From assembly GCA_964478065.1 (NCBI GenBank), contig CAYZGP010000003.1:1684-65683 (forward strand): a stretch of 64,000 bases of DNA. The letters are read 5' to 3'. This DNA is from an uncultured Pirellulaceae bacterium. GTDB taxonomy: Bacteria > Planctomycetota > Planctomycetia > Pirellulales > Pirellulaceae. This document shows, in pieces, positions 19,630 to 29,965 of the stretch (the first letter of the stretch is position 1; the number at the start of each line of letters is the position of its first letter). The notes beneath the pieces are model-generated. The model was not told the origin of the DNA. It made no database searches and worked only from the letters and a program-made list of their open reading frames with translations. A program made the position numbers and the translations under genes.

Positions 19630-19665
19630 AAAACTGGATAGACTAGATGTCTATCCAGTTTTTTT
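19630..19665 (+). terminator. Rho-independent terminator after sppA
   Basis: Perfect 14-bp stem AAAACTGGATAGAC / GTCTATCCAGTTTT with loop TAGAT, followed by a T-tract. Confidence 0.88.
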
Positions 19666-19692
19666 ATTGTCACTACTCAGATCGAGAACAGC

Positions 19693-20682
19693 GTGAAAGC
19701 TTTAGTTTGGCCATTTTGGAATGCGGATCAACGACGGTTGAGAGCCGGCTGGCGCGTGGTTTTTCAATTTGTCGTGGCTGTCATTTGCTTTATCGCAACC
19801 GCGATGATTGTTGGGAGTATCTATCAAGGCGAAACGCAAAATCCATTTTTCATGATGGGTGGTGCGGTCGTTCAAAATTGCATCTTTACCGGAGTTATAA
19901 TTTTGGCGTGTATTTTTCTTGATCGGCGACGCGTCAAAGATATCGGCCTGAATATAAATGCCCGCTGGTGGTTAGACTTGTTGGGTGGGTTGGCGATGGG
20001 CGCAATCTTGATGGGAATCATCTTCGTTATTCAATACCAACTCGGAATGATCACGTTAAAAGAATCGGCTCTTAGTTGGAGTCAGATTCTTCCCTACCAA
20101 ATCGGCTGGCTGGTCGCGATGACTTTCGTTGGAGCGGGCGAAGAGATTCTTTCACGCGGTTACCAGCTAAAGAATCTCACTGAAGGTTTTCAGCGATTGG
20201 GATTTCTAAATGGTTTTATCCTTGCCGCGATAATTACTTCAAGCATATTTGGCATTCTGCACGCCAGTAATGACAACGCAACAGTCATTGCAGTTGCGGG
20301 CATTATAATGGCTGGCGTTATGTTTTGCGTGGGACGAATTTGCACGGGAAGTCTCGCCGCACCCATTGGGATGCATATCACTTGGAATTATTTTCAAGGC
20401 GCCGTGTTTGGTTTTCCCGTCAGCGGTCATCGAATGCAAGGCAGTTTGATTTCGATTGACAAAACCGTGGATTCACCTTGGACGGGTGGTGAGTTTGGGC
20501 CTGAGAATAGTTTCATGGGCCTGATCGCAATGATCGTTTCGATAATCATCTTTATTTACTGGCCCAAGAAAAAAACGAACTTTAAAGAAAACATTCTTGA
20601 GATGGTTCGATTTCGTGATCGCCGTGGAAAATCAAGAACTCCAACGGACCAGGTGGAAACACCTGGAATTTTGGGCGGATAA
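19693..20682 (+). CDS. CPBP (Abi/CAAX) intramembrane glutamic endopeptidase
   Basis: GEEILSRGY (EExxxR), FGILH, LAAPIGMHITWN, multiple TM helices. Confidence 0.92.
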   Translation: MKALVWPFWNADQRRLRAGWRVVFQFVVAVICFIATAMIVGSIYQGETQNPFFMMGGAVVQNCIFTGVIILACIFLDRRRVKDIGLNINARWWLDLLGGLAMGAILMGIIFVIQYQLGMITLKESALSWSQILPYQIGWLVAMTFVGAGEEILSRGYQLKNLTEGFQRLGFLNGFILAAIITSSIFGILHASNDNATVIAVAGIIMAGVMFCVGRICTGSLAAPIGMHITWNYFQGAVFGFPVSGHRMQGSLISIDKTVDSPWTGGEFGPENSFMGLIAMIVSIIIFIYWPKKKTNFKENILEMVRFRDRRGKSRTPTDQVETPGILGG

Positions 20683-20806
20683 ACCTTCGCTCTTGGTTTG
20701 GCGAATCAGGCTTGCGGAAATGTTCGTACCGTGTTTTCGCTAACCGTTTTTCAACCGTTTCGCTTAAACGTTTGCACCCGGTAGACTGATCCGCCGTTGA
20801 ATGGCG

Positions 20807-22180
20807 TTATAGGTTGCTGACAGTTCCGTCAGAATCGCCAAATTTGTCAATCGACTTCACGCCCATTTTTTCGGCCAGCGAAACGTGAAGATTAGTCAAC
20901 GGGATACCTTTGTGGTCAACAAAGCGACCTGCGTTCAATTCGCCGCCGCCGTTTCCAGCGAGAATGATTGGCAAATCATCATGTGTGTGCCGGTTTCCAT
21001 CGGCATTTCCACTTCCGTATAAAACCATTGAATTGTGTAAGACAGAATTCCCATCAACATCCTTGATCGAGTCGAGCCGTTTCAAGAATTTGGAAAACTG
21101 TTCGACATACCAACGATCAATGAGTTCAATTTTCTTGATTCGTTCCTGTTTGTTTTGGTGGTGAGAAAGTTCATGGTGGCCTTCAGATACGCCAATAAAA
21201 TCAAACGAACGATTGTCGCCATCGTGACCCAGCATCAAAGAAGCCACACGCGTTGAGTCGGTTTGAAATGCGATTGCCGTTAGCTCGTACATCAAATTCA
21301 CATACTCGACGTGAGACCGTGGAATGCCGACCGGTGTTTCCATTTTGGGATCTTTTGGATCGCCAAACGATTCAGATCTTTCAATCCGGGTTTCCAACTC
21401 GCGAACACCCGTCAAGTATTCGTCCAGTTTACGTTTATCCGAACGCTGCAATCTTTTTTGCATTGATTTTGCATCGGCCAACACAAAATCCAAAATGCTC
21501 TTTTGCGACGCCATTCGATTTCTGAAATTCTTGACGCGTTCGGTCGGTTCACCGGCTCCAAATAACCTTTCAAAAACCAAGCGAGGATTATTCTCAGTTG
21601 CCATCGGTGTCGATTCTGATTGCCACGAGATGTTGTACTGATAGGCACATGAATAACCAGAGTCGCAATTGCTGGATTGGCGAACGGGATCCGAAGCCAA
21701 CTCAAGCGAAGGAAAACGCGTGAGGTGGCCGATCTCGCTGGCGATGACTTGGTCGATTGATTTTCCAGCGCGAATGTCGGTGGCACTTTTCTTAAGCCGG
21801 ACTCCAGTGAGAAACGTCCCATTGCCCCGCGCGTGGTCCCCTGCCCCGTCGTCGCGCCCTTCGGCGCTTTTGTTGTCCAGTCCTTTTAAGACTTGAATGT
21901 TTTGCTTTGAATCCTGTAGCGATTTCAATGTTGGGCTTAATTCAAAATCCTTGCCATCTTTGGAAGGCCACCATGCTTTGGGAATCGCACCGTTGGGGAA
22001 AAACAGGAACGCCGTCCGCAGCGGTGCACCGGTCGCAGTCGTCGCAAATGCCTTGGTTGCGTTTGATGTCGCGGCCGATGTGATTGTCGAAGCCGGCAAC
22101 AGAGATTCCATCGCAGGCAACGCAACGCATGCGCCAATTCCACGAAGGAATGTTCGTCGTGAAGGAGTGAATTTATTCAT
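20807..22180 (-). CDS. DUF1552 family protein
   Basis: SRRTFLRGIG twin-Arg-like start, GAGDHARG, SIDQVIA, TRFPSLEL, YSCAYQYNISW, HHELSHH, HTHDDLPIILAG. Confidence 0.88.
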   Translation of the reverse strand: MNKFTPSRRTFLRGIGACVALPAMESLLPASTITSAATSNATKAFATTATGAPLRTAFLFFPNGAIPKAWWPSKDGKDFELSPTLKSLQDSKQNIQVLKGLDNKSAEGRDDGAGDHARGNGTFLTGVRLKKSATDIRAGKSIDQVIASEIGHLTRFPSLELASDPVRQSSNCDSGYSCAYQYNISWQSESTPMATENNPRLVFERLFGAGEPTERVKNFRNRMASQKSILDFVLADAKSMQKRLQRSDKRKLDEYLTGVRELETRIERSESFGDPKDPKMETPVGIPRSHVEYVNLMYELTAIAFQTDSTRVASLMLGHDGDNRSFDFIGVSEGHHELSHHQNKQERIKKIELIDRWYVEQFSKFLKRLDSIKDVDGNSVLHNSMVLYGSGNADGNRHTHDDLPIILAGNGGGELNAGRFVDHKGIPLTNLHVSLAEKMGVKSIDKFGDSDGTVSNL

Positions 22181-22232
22181 GCTTGATTTCCAACATCAAA
22201 ACTGATGCTTGCTGTTTCCTTTTCAACCGATC

Positions 22233-24860
22233 CTATTTGTCTTTGTCTTGGTCGATTGCTTCCACTAAATTTGGTTTGGCTGTTCGTTGAAAAGCGGCAG
22301 ACTTAACAATCCCGCCGAGCAACTCATTCGCTTTTCCGTCATTTGATTCCAGTTTAATAACGATATCGTCAACAGTGGGTATGTCTTCGTACTCCAAAGC
22401 ACGTCCCAACGCATAAGTTAACATTTTCTCAGTCAAACAACGATAAAAATCAGTTTTTCGCTTGGTTGCGAGGATCTTTTTCAGCTCGGTTACGTTCTTA
22501 AACGGCTCGCCCGTTATCAAAACGCCTTTGGATTCGATCCGTTGACCGTATTCATCGGTGCGAAATCGACCCATCGCATTAAAATTTTCCAAAGCCAACC
22601 CCAGCGGGTCCATTCGGTTGTGACACGAACTGCAATTGGGATCCTTACGATGTATCTCAAGTGATTCGCGCAAGCTCAATTTTTTGTCCGATGATTCTTC
22701 GACTTCTTCAAGTGCAGGAATATCCGGTGGTGGAGCCGATGTCGGAGTACCCAATAAATTTTCCAGGACAAACAGCCCGCGTTTTACTGGCGACGTCCGA
22801 TTGGGATTGGATGTCACCACCAACATCGTTCCTTGCGTAAGCACGCCGCCGCGAACACTGTCGTCGGGCAGTTCGTATCGCCGCATCTGACGTCCCTTCA
22901 CTCCTGCGATGCCGTAAAATTTCGCGAGTGACTGATTCAAAAAAGTGTAGTTGCTGTCCACTAACTCCAGCAGGCTGCGATTGCCTTTGATGATATGCTC
23001 AACCGTCATTTCAGTTTCGCGTCGCATTGCCCGACGAACATCGTTGTCGAGCTTGATTTTGGGTTGACGGAAAATTTTTTTAATAAGCGGTCGGGCCTCT
23101 TCAACCTCTTTCTCTTCTTCATCCGTGCGATCAGAGCCTTTGCGAAAAAGTTCGATAAACCGGTCTCGTATTTTGTCCGCCTCTGGATCGGGTGGTGCAT
23201 CACGCCATGCAACTGCTCGCGAGTCGATTGGTACTGACTCGACTGAGCGAGCTTGTAACCATTGGCCTGCAAAATTCTCGACAAAATTCCCGAATCGTTC
23301 GTCGGCCATCATTCGAGCGAGTTGTCCATCGAGGTTTTTTCGCAGTTCCCCTCGATCAGCAAGCCCGATCAATTCTTCGTCTGGCATCGATGACCAAAGA
23401 AAATATGAAAGACGTGAGGCCAACGAATATTCATCGATCAACGGAAATTTGGAATCGTCACCGGGCAGCGTAAATTCTTCGCGAAAAACAAACTGGGGTG
23501 AGGCAAGGATCGCCGTCATACCTTTGGAAATACCAGATTCAAACGTTTCACCGTCTTGGTTGTAGGTGTACTCGGCGAGATCGGCAAGTCGCGTGAGCGT
23601 TGTTTCCTGGACCGGGCGTCGATAGGCTCGCTTGGCAAAATCACCCAGTAACTCTTTCGCGTACTCGCGTTTCGCTTTCGGTTCGTTGGGAGTATCGCGT
23701 GGGAAAAAACGATCGTATCCGTCCGGTTTAACACGGTGCTCGTTGGCCATTGGTCCTCTAACGATGACAGAAGACAGAACTAGTCGGAGCCTGCGAAGCT
23801 GTTCTTTTTTTGTGGTTGGCTTAATGGAAACTTCAAGCGTATGTTTGCCAGGTTTAAGTTTACGATCGAAAACATATCGAAAGCCTTTACCATTTTGACG
23901 GACGAATTTTCGTTTTAGCAATTCCTCTCCATCAAAGACAAATCGAAATTCGCATTCATTCAAGTCGAACACAAGATCGACATAGTCTTCCGAGGCACTG
24001 AGATTGAGATTGAGTTGATAGTCGCCTGCGATGGAGGTTTCAAATTCGGCCTTGGCAGTAGCTGCTTTGTAGTAAGAAAGCTCCAAATGGCCTCGGCTGT
24101 TGACGTTGCCTGCGTTGGCTGGGTCCTGCTTGAATGATTGTCCAGGAATTTTTTTCTCTGGAAAAATTTGCGAAGTCGTCGGGACAACCGAGCCCACAAT
24201 GTCATTGGCCGCGTTAAAGTATTTTTCCAGCAGCAAAGGCGAGATCGACAGTACATCGCCGATGTTATCAAACCCGTGACCCGTGTCGTCAGCTGGAAAT
24301 TTCATTGTCGTGTTGTAGTCCACATCCAACAGCGCACGAATTGTGTTGCGATATTCGATGCGATTGAGCCGGCGAATGGTCAGTGAGCCGGGGTTGAGGT
24401 TTTCCGGGTCCAAGCCAAGTGGTTGGCGGATAATCCATGATTGAAGCTGTTTCGATTGTTCGTCGCTGGGTTGAAGCTCGTCAATTGGCGGCATCAAATC
24501 CGCGCGGACTTGCTTAAGAACTCGATGCCACGTTTTTTGTAGAAGCTCTTTGTCTTTTGATTCAAATAGATCATCAAACGAAACGCCGCCTTCATCCGCT
24601 CCGTCAGCATGACAGTCAAAGCAATGATCGGCCAAAATCGGTTTGATCTTTTTGACGAAATCATCAGCTTCGTAGATCGCCGTCTCATCCGCTTTGCAAT
24701 ATTGGGTGCCAATCGTGCCGATGAAATTTGTCGCTAAAAAAAATGCGACAAAATAAACACCCGCTGAAGTCCAGGGCTGAGAGAAAAGCGTTAGTTTGAA
24801 AGCGACGAGCATCTGAATCCTCAATGAGAATCGTCTCTTGGATATTGTTGAGCGAACCAA
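22233..24860 (-). CDS. DUF1592/DUF1588/DUF1585/DUF1587/DUF1595 protein with c-type heme motifs
   Basis: CFDCH and CSSCH. RRLNRIEYRNTIRALL, FPADDTGHGFDNIG, LASRLSYFLWSSMPD, SPVKRG, LTYALGR. Confidence 0.9.
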   Translation of the reverse strand: MVRSTISKRRFSLRIQMLVAFKLTLFSQPWTSAGVYFVAFFLATNFIGTIGTQYCKADETAIYEADDFVKKIKPILADHCFDCHADGADEGGVSFDDLFESKDKELLQKTWHRVLKQVRADLMPPIDELQPSDEQSKQLQSWIIRQPLGLDPENLNPGSLTIRRLNRIEYRNTIRALLDVDYNTTMKFPADDTGHGFDNIGDVLSISPLLLEKYFNAANDIVGSVVPTTSQIFPEKKIPGQSFKQDPANAGNVNSRGHLELSYYKAATAKAEFETSIAGDYQLNLNLSASEDYVDLVFDLNECEFRFVFDGEELLKRKFVRQNGKGFRYVFDRKLKPGKHTLEVSIKPTTKKEQLRRLRLVLSSVIVRGPMANEHRVKPDGYDRFFPRDTPNEPKAKREYAKELLGDFAKRAYRRPVQETTLTRLADLAEYTYNQDGETFESGISKGMTAILASPQFVFREEFTLPGDDSKFPLIDEYSLASRLSYFLWSSMPDEELIGLADRGELRKNLDGQLARMMADERFGNFVENFAGQWLQARSVESVPIDSRAVAWRDAPPDPEADKIRDRFIELFRKGSDRTDEEEKEVEEARPLIKKIFRQPKIKLDNDVRRAMRRETEMTVEHIIKGNRSLLELVDSNYTFLNQSLAKFYGIAGVKGRQMRRYELPDDSVRGGVLTQGTMLVVTSNPNRTSPVKRGLFVLENLLGTPTSAPPPDIPALEEVEESSDKKLSLRESLEIHRKDPNCSSCHNRMDPLGLALENFNAMGRFRTDEYGQRIESKGVLITGEPFKNVTELKKILATKRKTDFYRCLTEKMLTYALGRALEYEDIPTVDDIVIKLESNDGKANELLGGIVKSAAFQRTAKPNLVEAIDQDKDK

Positions 24861-25080
24861 ACCGTTGGCCCCAAATCTATTTTAACACGGTGGCAAATTC
24901 GTATTGCAAATAGGTTAGAGGATAGCCGAACGAGTGAATCGGCACATCTTTGATTGTCCTGCTAACCAATCGTACATTCGCTAACATTGGTGTTTGCAGA
25001 GGCGTCAGTTGAACGTTTGTTGTAATATGTTTTGTTCAAGGAAGGTTAAATATCGTCTATTTTACAGCTAACAAAAACAC

Positions 25081-25512
25081 ATGCCCAACGATTTCTTACC
25101 CGAGTTTCCTGTCAAAATCACACAACCCGTTCAATGGGGAGAGCAAGACGGATTCGGTCACATTAATAACATGCACTTCATCCGCTGGTTTGAATCTTCT
25201 CGAATCGCCTACTTGATGAAGTGCGACGTCCCGATGACGACCGAAGGCGTTGGTCCGATTCTCGCTGCCGTCAGTTGCAACTATCGAAAACAAATCAAGT
25301 ATCCGGATACCGTTATTGTTGGCGCAAGAATCACGAAGATTGGTCGTAGTAGCATGACGATCGAACATGCTCTTTGGAGTACTAGCCAAAATGAATTGGC
25401 TGCCGAGGGCGATTCAACGGTCGTAATGTTTGACTACCAGCAGCAAAAGTCATCGCCGGTTTCAGATTCGATTCGTCAAAAAATCGAAACGATCGAGGGC
25501 CGCAAGTTTTAG
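25081..25512 (+). CDS. Acyl-CoA thioesterase (4HBT/YbgC hot-dog family)
   Basis: VQWGEQDGFGHINN...RWFESSR, YRKQIKYPD, RITKIGRSS. Confidence 0.9.
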   Translation: MPNDFLPEFPVKITQPVQWGEQDGFGHINNMHFIRWFESSRIAYLMKCDVPMTTEGVGPILAAVSCNYRKQIKYPDTVIVGARITKIGRSSMTIEHALWSTSQNELAAEGDSTVVMFDYQQQKSSPVSDSIRQKIETIEGRKF

Positions 25513-25727
25513 TCAACGCACCAAAATAGATTGGCTTGTTCAATGAGGGAATTTGTACGATTTACAAAACGACCCACCGAGTGGGCCAATCATGATTGCG
25601 ATCGGCACCTGCTGGTCTGAAAAATTGGCCAACTCGCTTTCGAATCGAGAACGCAGTCCGGTGAAGATCAGCACCAATCTTTTTCCAAGCAATCAGCTAT
25701 GCCCATAAACGAATTTCATACGTAGAA

Positions 25728-25743
25728 TGGCATATAATTTGCT
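25728..25743 (+). promoter_or_regulatory. Putative sigma-54 (-24/-12) promoter of the moxR-bat operon
   Basis: TGGCATATAATTTGCT against consensus TGGCACG-N4-TTGCW, exact GG-N10-GC spacing, about 145 bp upstream of the moxR ATG. Confidence 0.6.
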
Positions 25744-25887
25744 AAAGTTTGAGGAAATCACAATCTGCGAATTCAGCCGCGTTTATAGATAGCAAACGCA
25801 TGAAATTTTGGCAGATTTCTGCTGGGAAAACTGCCCGGACAGCGACTAATTAAAAGTCAAAAAAACACACATCAGGAACTTAGTGGT

Positions 25888-26886
25888 ATGCCCGCGACCA
25901 ACGATCAGATCAACCAACTTACCGAACGAATTCAAGCCAAGGCCCAACCGTTTCATCGTATCGTCGAGCAAGTCAATCAAGTCTTGGTTGGCCAGGAAAA
26001 ATTGGTCCACCGAATGTTGATCGGTTTGCTTACAGGCGGACATCTCTTGATCGAAGGCGTTCCCGGTTTGGCGAAAACGACAGCGGTGGCAAGTTTGGCC
26101 AGTGCGATCGCCACCGGATTCCAGCGTTTGCAGTTCACTCCAGACCTGCTGCCCGCAGACTTGATCGGAACGCTTGTCTATCGCCCTCAAGACCAAACGT
26201 TCGTTGTCCAAAAGGGGCCGATTTTTTCGAACTTGATTTTGGCTGATGAGATCAACCGTGCGCCCGCCAAAGTCCAAAGTGCCTTGCTCGAAGCGATGCA
26301 GGAGAAACAAGTCACAATCGGATCGGAGACGTTCGAGTTGGACAAACCGTTCCTTGTGATGGCGACACAAAATCCGGTCGAGCAAGAGGGGACTTATTCG
26401 CTTCCCGAAGCCCAGACCGATCGTTTTATGCTCAAGGTCATTGTTGAATATCCCAACCGCGAAGAAGAGCTGCAAATTCTGCGACGAATGAGCAAGACCA
26501 ATACGAAAGTTGAGATTGAAGCGGTAACTTCTCCCGCAGAAATCATGGAAGCGAGAAAATTGGTCGACGCAATCTACGTTGACGAAAAAGTCGAAAACTA
26601 CGTCGTCGATTTGGTTATGGCCACACGTAATCCAGAAGCCTATGGCCTGTCGCTCAAGGACTTAATTCAATTCGGCGGTTCACCAAGGGCAACGATCAAC
26701 CTGATGTTGGCCGCGCGGGCCAACGCTTTTTTGAGTGGGCGTGGATACGTGATGCCTCAAGACGTAAAAGACATCGCGCTGGACGTGTTACGCCACCGAG
26801 TCATGATCACCTACGAAGCCGAAGCAGAAGACCGAACAAGCGAAGCGATCGTAACCCAAATTCTAAACCACGTCGCAGTCCCTTAA
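25888..26886 (+). CDS. moxR: MoxR-family AAA+ ATPase
   Basis: GHLLIEGVPGLAKT, RLQFTPDLLPAD, ILADEINRAPAKVQSALLEAMQE, ATQNPVEQEGTYSLPEAQTDRF. Confidence 0.96.
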   Translation: MPATNDQINQLTERIQAKAQPFHRIVEQVNQVLVGQEKLVHRMLIGLLTGGHLLIEGVPGLAKTTAVASLASAIATGFQRLQFTPDLLPADLIGTLVYRPQDQTFVVQKGPIFSNLILADEINRAPAKVQSALLEAMQEKQVTIGSETFELDKPFLVMATQNPVEQEGTYSLPEAQTDRFMLKVIVEYPNREEELQILRRMSKTNTKVEIEAVTSPAEIMEARKLVDAIYVDEKVENYVVDLVMATRNPEAYGLSLKDLIQFGGSPRATINLMLAARANAFLSGRGYVMPQDVKDIALDVLRHRVMITYEAEAEDRTSEAIVTQILNHVAVP

Positions 26887-26948
26887 TCGACCAGAAATCC
26901 AAGTTCAAGAAATTGTAAATTCGAAATTGAAGGCCAAGTAAAAATTAA

Positions 26949-27824
26949 ATGCTTCCCCGCGACGTCATTCGAAAAATCCGAAGAATCCAAATTCGCACCT
27001 CGCACCAAGTTGACGAGTTGCTTGCCGGTACATGGCATTCGGCTTTCAAAGGCCGCGGAATCGAATTCGAAGAAGTCCGCCCTTACCAAGTCGGTGACGA
27101 CGTTCGCGCGATCGATTGGAACGTTACCGCCAGAAGCGACCAGCCATACATCAAATTGTTTCGCGAAGAGCGGGAGCTATCGGTGTTGTTGCTTGTCGAT
27201 CTTAGCGGCTCACAAAATTTTGGCACGCAAGAACAAACCAAGCGTGAGATGGTCACGGAATTGGGCGCGATTCTCGCGATGTCGGCGATCAAAAATAACG
27301 ATCGAGTCGGATTGACGCTGTTTACTGATGAGATCGAAAAGAACATTCCGCCTAGTAAAGGTTCGCGGCATGTTCTGCGGTTGATTCGCGAAATGCTTTA
27401 CTGCCAACCCGTTTCCAGTGGAACCAATCTGCGTGCTGCGCTCGAACATTTGGGGCGGACGTCGAAGAGAAAAAGTGTGGTGTTCTTAATCAGCGATTTT
27501 CAAGACGACAATTTCGAGTCGACCCTGAAGGTGGCGTGTCGAAAGCACGATGTGATTCCCGTCGTGATTTCAGATCCTCGAGAAGGCCACATGCCCAACG
27601 TGGGGCTGGTTCGATTACGTGACGGCGAAACTGGCGAAACGGTTGTGCTTGATACGGCCAGTCGAAAAAACCGAGCTCTGTTTAAGCGGCTGTTTGAGCA
27701 ACAAGTTTCAGCTCGCGACGCAATGTTCAGGAGGTTGAAGCTTGAGCCGATCCATTTGGAAACTGGCTGTGACTTGGTCGAACCGCTCAGGCGTTATTTT
27801 CATCGGCGGGAGAATCGACGATGA
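26949..27824 (+). CDS. DUF58 family protein
   Basis: FKGRGIEFEEVRPYQVGDDVRAIDWNVTAR, LVDLSGSQNFG, FLISDF. Confidence 0.95.
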   Translation: MLPRDVIRKIRRIQIRTSHQVDELLAGTWHSAFKGRGIEFEEVRPYQVGDDVRAIDWNVTARSDQPYIKLFREERELSVLLLVDLSGSQNFGTQEQTKREMVTELGAILAMSAIKNNDRVGLTLFTDEIEKNIPPSKGSRHVLRLIREMLYCQPVSSGTNLRAALEHLGRTSKRKSVVFLISDFQDDNFESTLKVACRKHDVIPVVISDPREGHMPNVGLVRLRDGETGETVVLDTASRKNRALFKRLFEQQVSARDAMFRRLKLEPIHLETGCDLVEPLRRYFHRRENRR

Positions 27825-28822
27825 ACTATTCCAATAAGTTGGTGACGATTTGCTTAATTGTGTTGGCTGCATTTCCAACGGGTGCTGTTGCAGTTGCCAC
27901 GCAGGATTCGCAAGTCAAAGTTGAAGCCACCGTATCGCTCGACTCCGTCCAAGTCGCCCAACCGTTTCAGTTGCAGCTCAAATGTACCGCGCCGACAGGT
28001 GCACGGTTGAGCTTTCCTCCAGAGACAGCCCAAATCGGTGAATTCGATGTCGTCAATGTGCGTGATGACTTTGACGTGCCCAGCACAGAGTCCGACGGAT
28101 TGAGAACTTGGACGCGAAAGATGATTTTGGAGTGTATTGTTACTGGTGAGCAAGCCATTCCTTCAATGGAGATTCAAGTCGCTTTGGATTCGCTTGATTC
28201 AAATTGGAAACAATTCAAAACTGATCCGATTAATATCAACGTTCTCAGTGTGCTCGAAGATCGACCTGATCCGACAAATTTTCGCGATCTAAAACCGCTT
28301 GTTGATTTGGAAGTTGCGGGCGAAAAATCATCGGCTTGGATTTGGTGGTCGGCTGGAGGTGCGGGAGTACTATCGTTGCTCGCGGCAGGTGCGTTTTTTG
28401 TAACGCGAGCTCGGAAACGGCTGACTCCGTTGGAATGGGCGATGGGTGAATTGCAAAAAATTGAATCCGATTCACGTGTGCAAAATCATGACGACCAGGA
28501 GCTTGTGACTGATCGAGTTGCGTCGGTGGTTCGCGATTATTTGGAAATGAAACTTGACGTCTCCGCTCCGACCCAAACCACAGCAGAGCTGATGCAAGCG
28601 ATTCGCGGAAATGGTTTACTTGGAACGGAAACCCAGACGCAGCTCGGACGGCTATTCGCACTTTCGGATCAAGCAAAATACGCGGGTTTGGATTTGACGG
28701 AAAAACAAATCAACGTCGCGATCCAGGAAGCCCGTGAGCTCGTAGAACAGATTGCGATTGATCAACGTTCGCAAATTCTCACTGATGAATATTTCACTGA
28801 TAGTCATGTCTCAGATGTTTGA
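27821..28822 (+). CDS. Bat-operon membrane protein (DUF4381/BatA-associated type)
   Basis: Signal peptide, Ig-like region, one TM helix (WIWWSAGGAGVLSLLAAGAFFV), TPLEWAMGEL, C-terminal DQAKYAG. Overlaps the DUF58 stop. Confidence 0.7.
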   Translation: MNYSNKLVTICLIVLAAFPTGAVAVATQDSQVKVEATVSLDSVQVAQPFQLQLKCTAPTGARLSFPPETAQIGEFDVVNVRDDFDVPSTESDGLRTWTRKMILECIVTGEQAIPSMEIQVALDSLDSNWKQFKTDPININVLSVLEDRPDPTNFRDLKPLVDLEVAGEKSSAWIWWSAGGAGVLSLLAAGAFFVTRARKRLTPLEWAMGELQKIESDSRVQNHDDQELVTDRVASVVRDYLEMKLDVSAPTQTTAELMQAIRGNGLLGTETQTQLGRLFALSDQAKYAGLDLTEKQINVAIQEARELVEQIAIDQRSQILTDEYFTDSHVSDV

Positions 28823-28841
28823 TTGGATTTAGTAAAAACAG

Positions 28842-29909
28842 ATGTTTCATTCGCCTTGGTATTTTCTCTTGCTGCTTTTGCTGCCGCTGGTCGTGTGGCG
28901 ATTGTTCGCCAAACGGCGCAAGCCCGCGATTGGGTTTAGCTCCGTCGCGCTTGCTCGGAAAATATCACCCACCCTGCGACAGCGAATGGCTTGGCTGCCG
29001 TCGGTTTTGACGATTGGCTCGATCGTGTTTTTGATATTCGGGTTGGCACGTCCTCGTGAAGGCCGTGAGCAAACGGTTGCCGATAGCGAAGGGATCGCGA
29101 TTGAAATGGTGGTCGACCGCAGTGGCAGTATGCGAGCCATGGACTTTAAGATCGATGGCGAAAATGTTGACCGGTTAACCGCGATCAAAAGCGTAGCCGG
29201 GAAATTTGTTGCTGGTGGTGATGGGCTGGACGGACGTTTTAGTGACTTGGTCGGGTTGATCACGTTTGCCAGGTATGCAGATGGTCAAACGCCCCCGACG
29301 CTCGACCATTCATTTTTGGTCAGCAAACTCAACGAAACCCAGATCGTTGAATACCGAAGTGAAGATGGCACGGCAATTGGAGATTCAATTGCTTTGGCGG
29401 TTGAGAAACTTAATGCGTTAGATGACCGCCAAGACGAAAAAGTGAAAAGCAAGATCATCATTCTGTTGACCGATGGTGAAAACACGGTGGGTGAGCTGGA
29501 GCCGACGCAGGCTTCCGAAATCGCACAGACGATGGGGATCAAGGTTTATACGATTGGAGTCGGGACTCAAGGACGTGCGCCGGTCCCGATGACCGATTCG
29601 TTTTCCGGACGGACCCGAATCCAGATGATACCTGTCAATATCGACGAAGTCACTTTGCAAAAAGTCGCCGATATGACGGGCGGCAAGTATTTTCGCGCGA
29701 CCGACACGGACTCGCTTGAAAAGATCTACGAAGAGATTGATCAGTTGGAGAAAACCAAAGTCGAAGCGAAACATTTTGTGGACTACCGAGAGTTGGCTGT
29801 GCAGCCATTCAAAGCCGGATTGCTCACCGTGCCACCGATGATTTTAATCGCTTTTGTATTGCTGTTTGTACGAGTCGTGTTGCAGCAAACTTGGTTGCGG
29901 GAAATGTAG
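28842..29909 (+). CDS. batA: VWA domain protein BatA
   Basis: N-terminal BatA TM helix, GLARPR, MIDAS VDRSGSM, GTAIGDSIA, ILLTDGEN, VYTIGVG, GGKYFRA. Confidence 0.88.
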   Translation: MFHSPWYFLLLLLLPLVVWRLFAKRRKPAIGFSSVALARKISPTLRQRMAWLPSVLTIGSIVFLIFGLARPREGREQTVADSEGIAIEMVVDRSGSMRAMDFKIDGENVDRLTAIKSVAGKFVAGGDGLDGRFSDLVGLITFARYADGQTPPTLDHSFLVSKLNETQIVEYRSEDGTAIGDSIALAVEKLNALDDRQDEKVKSKIIILLTDGENTVGELEPTQASEIAQTMGIKVYTIGVGTQGRAPVPMTDSFSGRTRIQMIPVNIDEVTLQKVADMTGGKYFRATDTDSLEKIYEEIDQLEKTKVEAKHFVDYRELAVQPFKAGLLTVPPMILIAFVLLFVRVVLQQTWLREM

Positions 29910-29965
29910 GTTGAGGTCGGTAAGCTGTCCAGTTTTCTACTTTCAGTTTTGGTATTTTGTCGTAG

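Noticed and set aside
25846-26475. 209-aa ORF antisense to moxR (likewise 54040-54777 antisense to the S9 gene)
   Set aside because: Typical antisense shadows of highly conserved genes.
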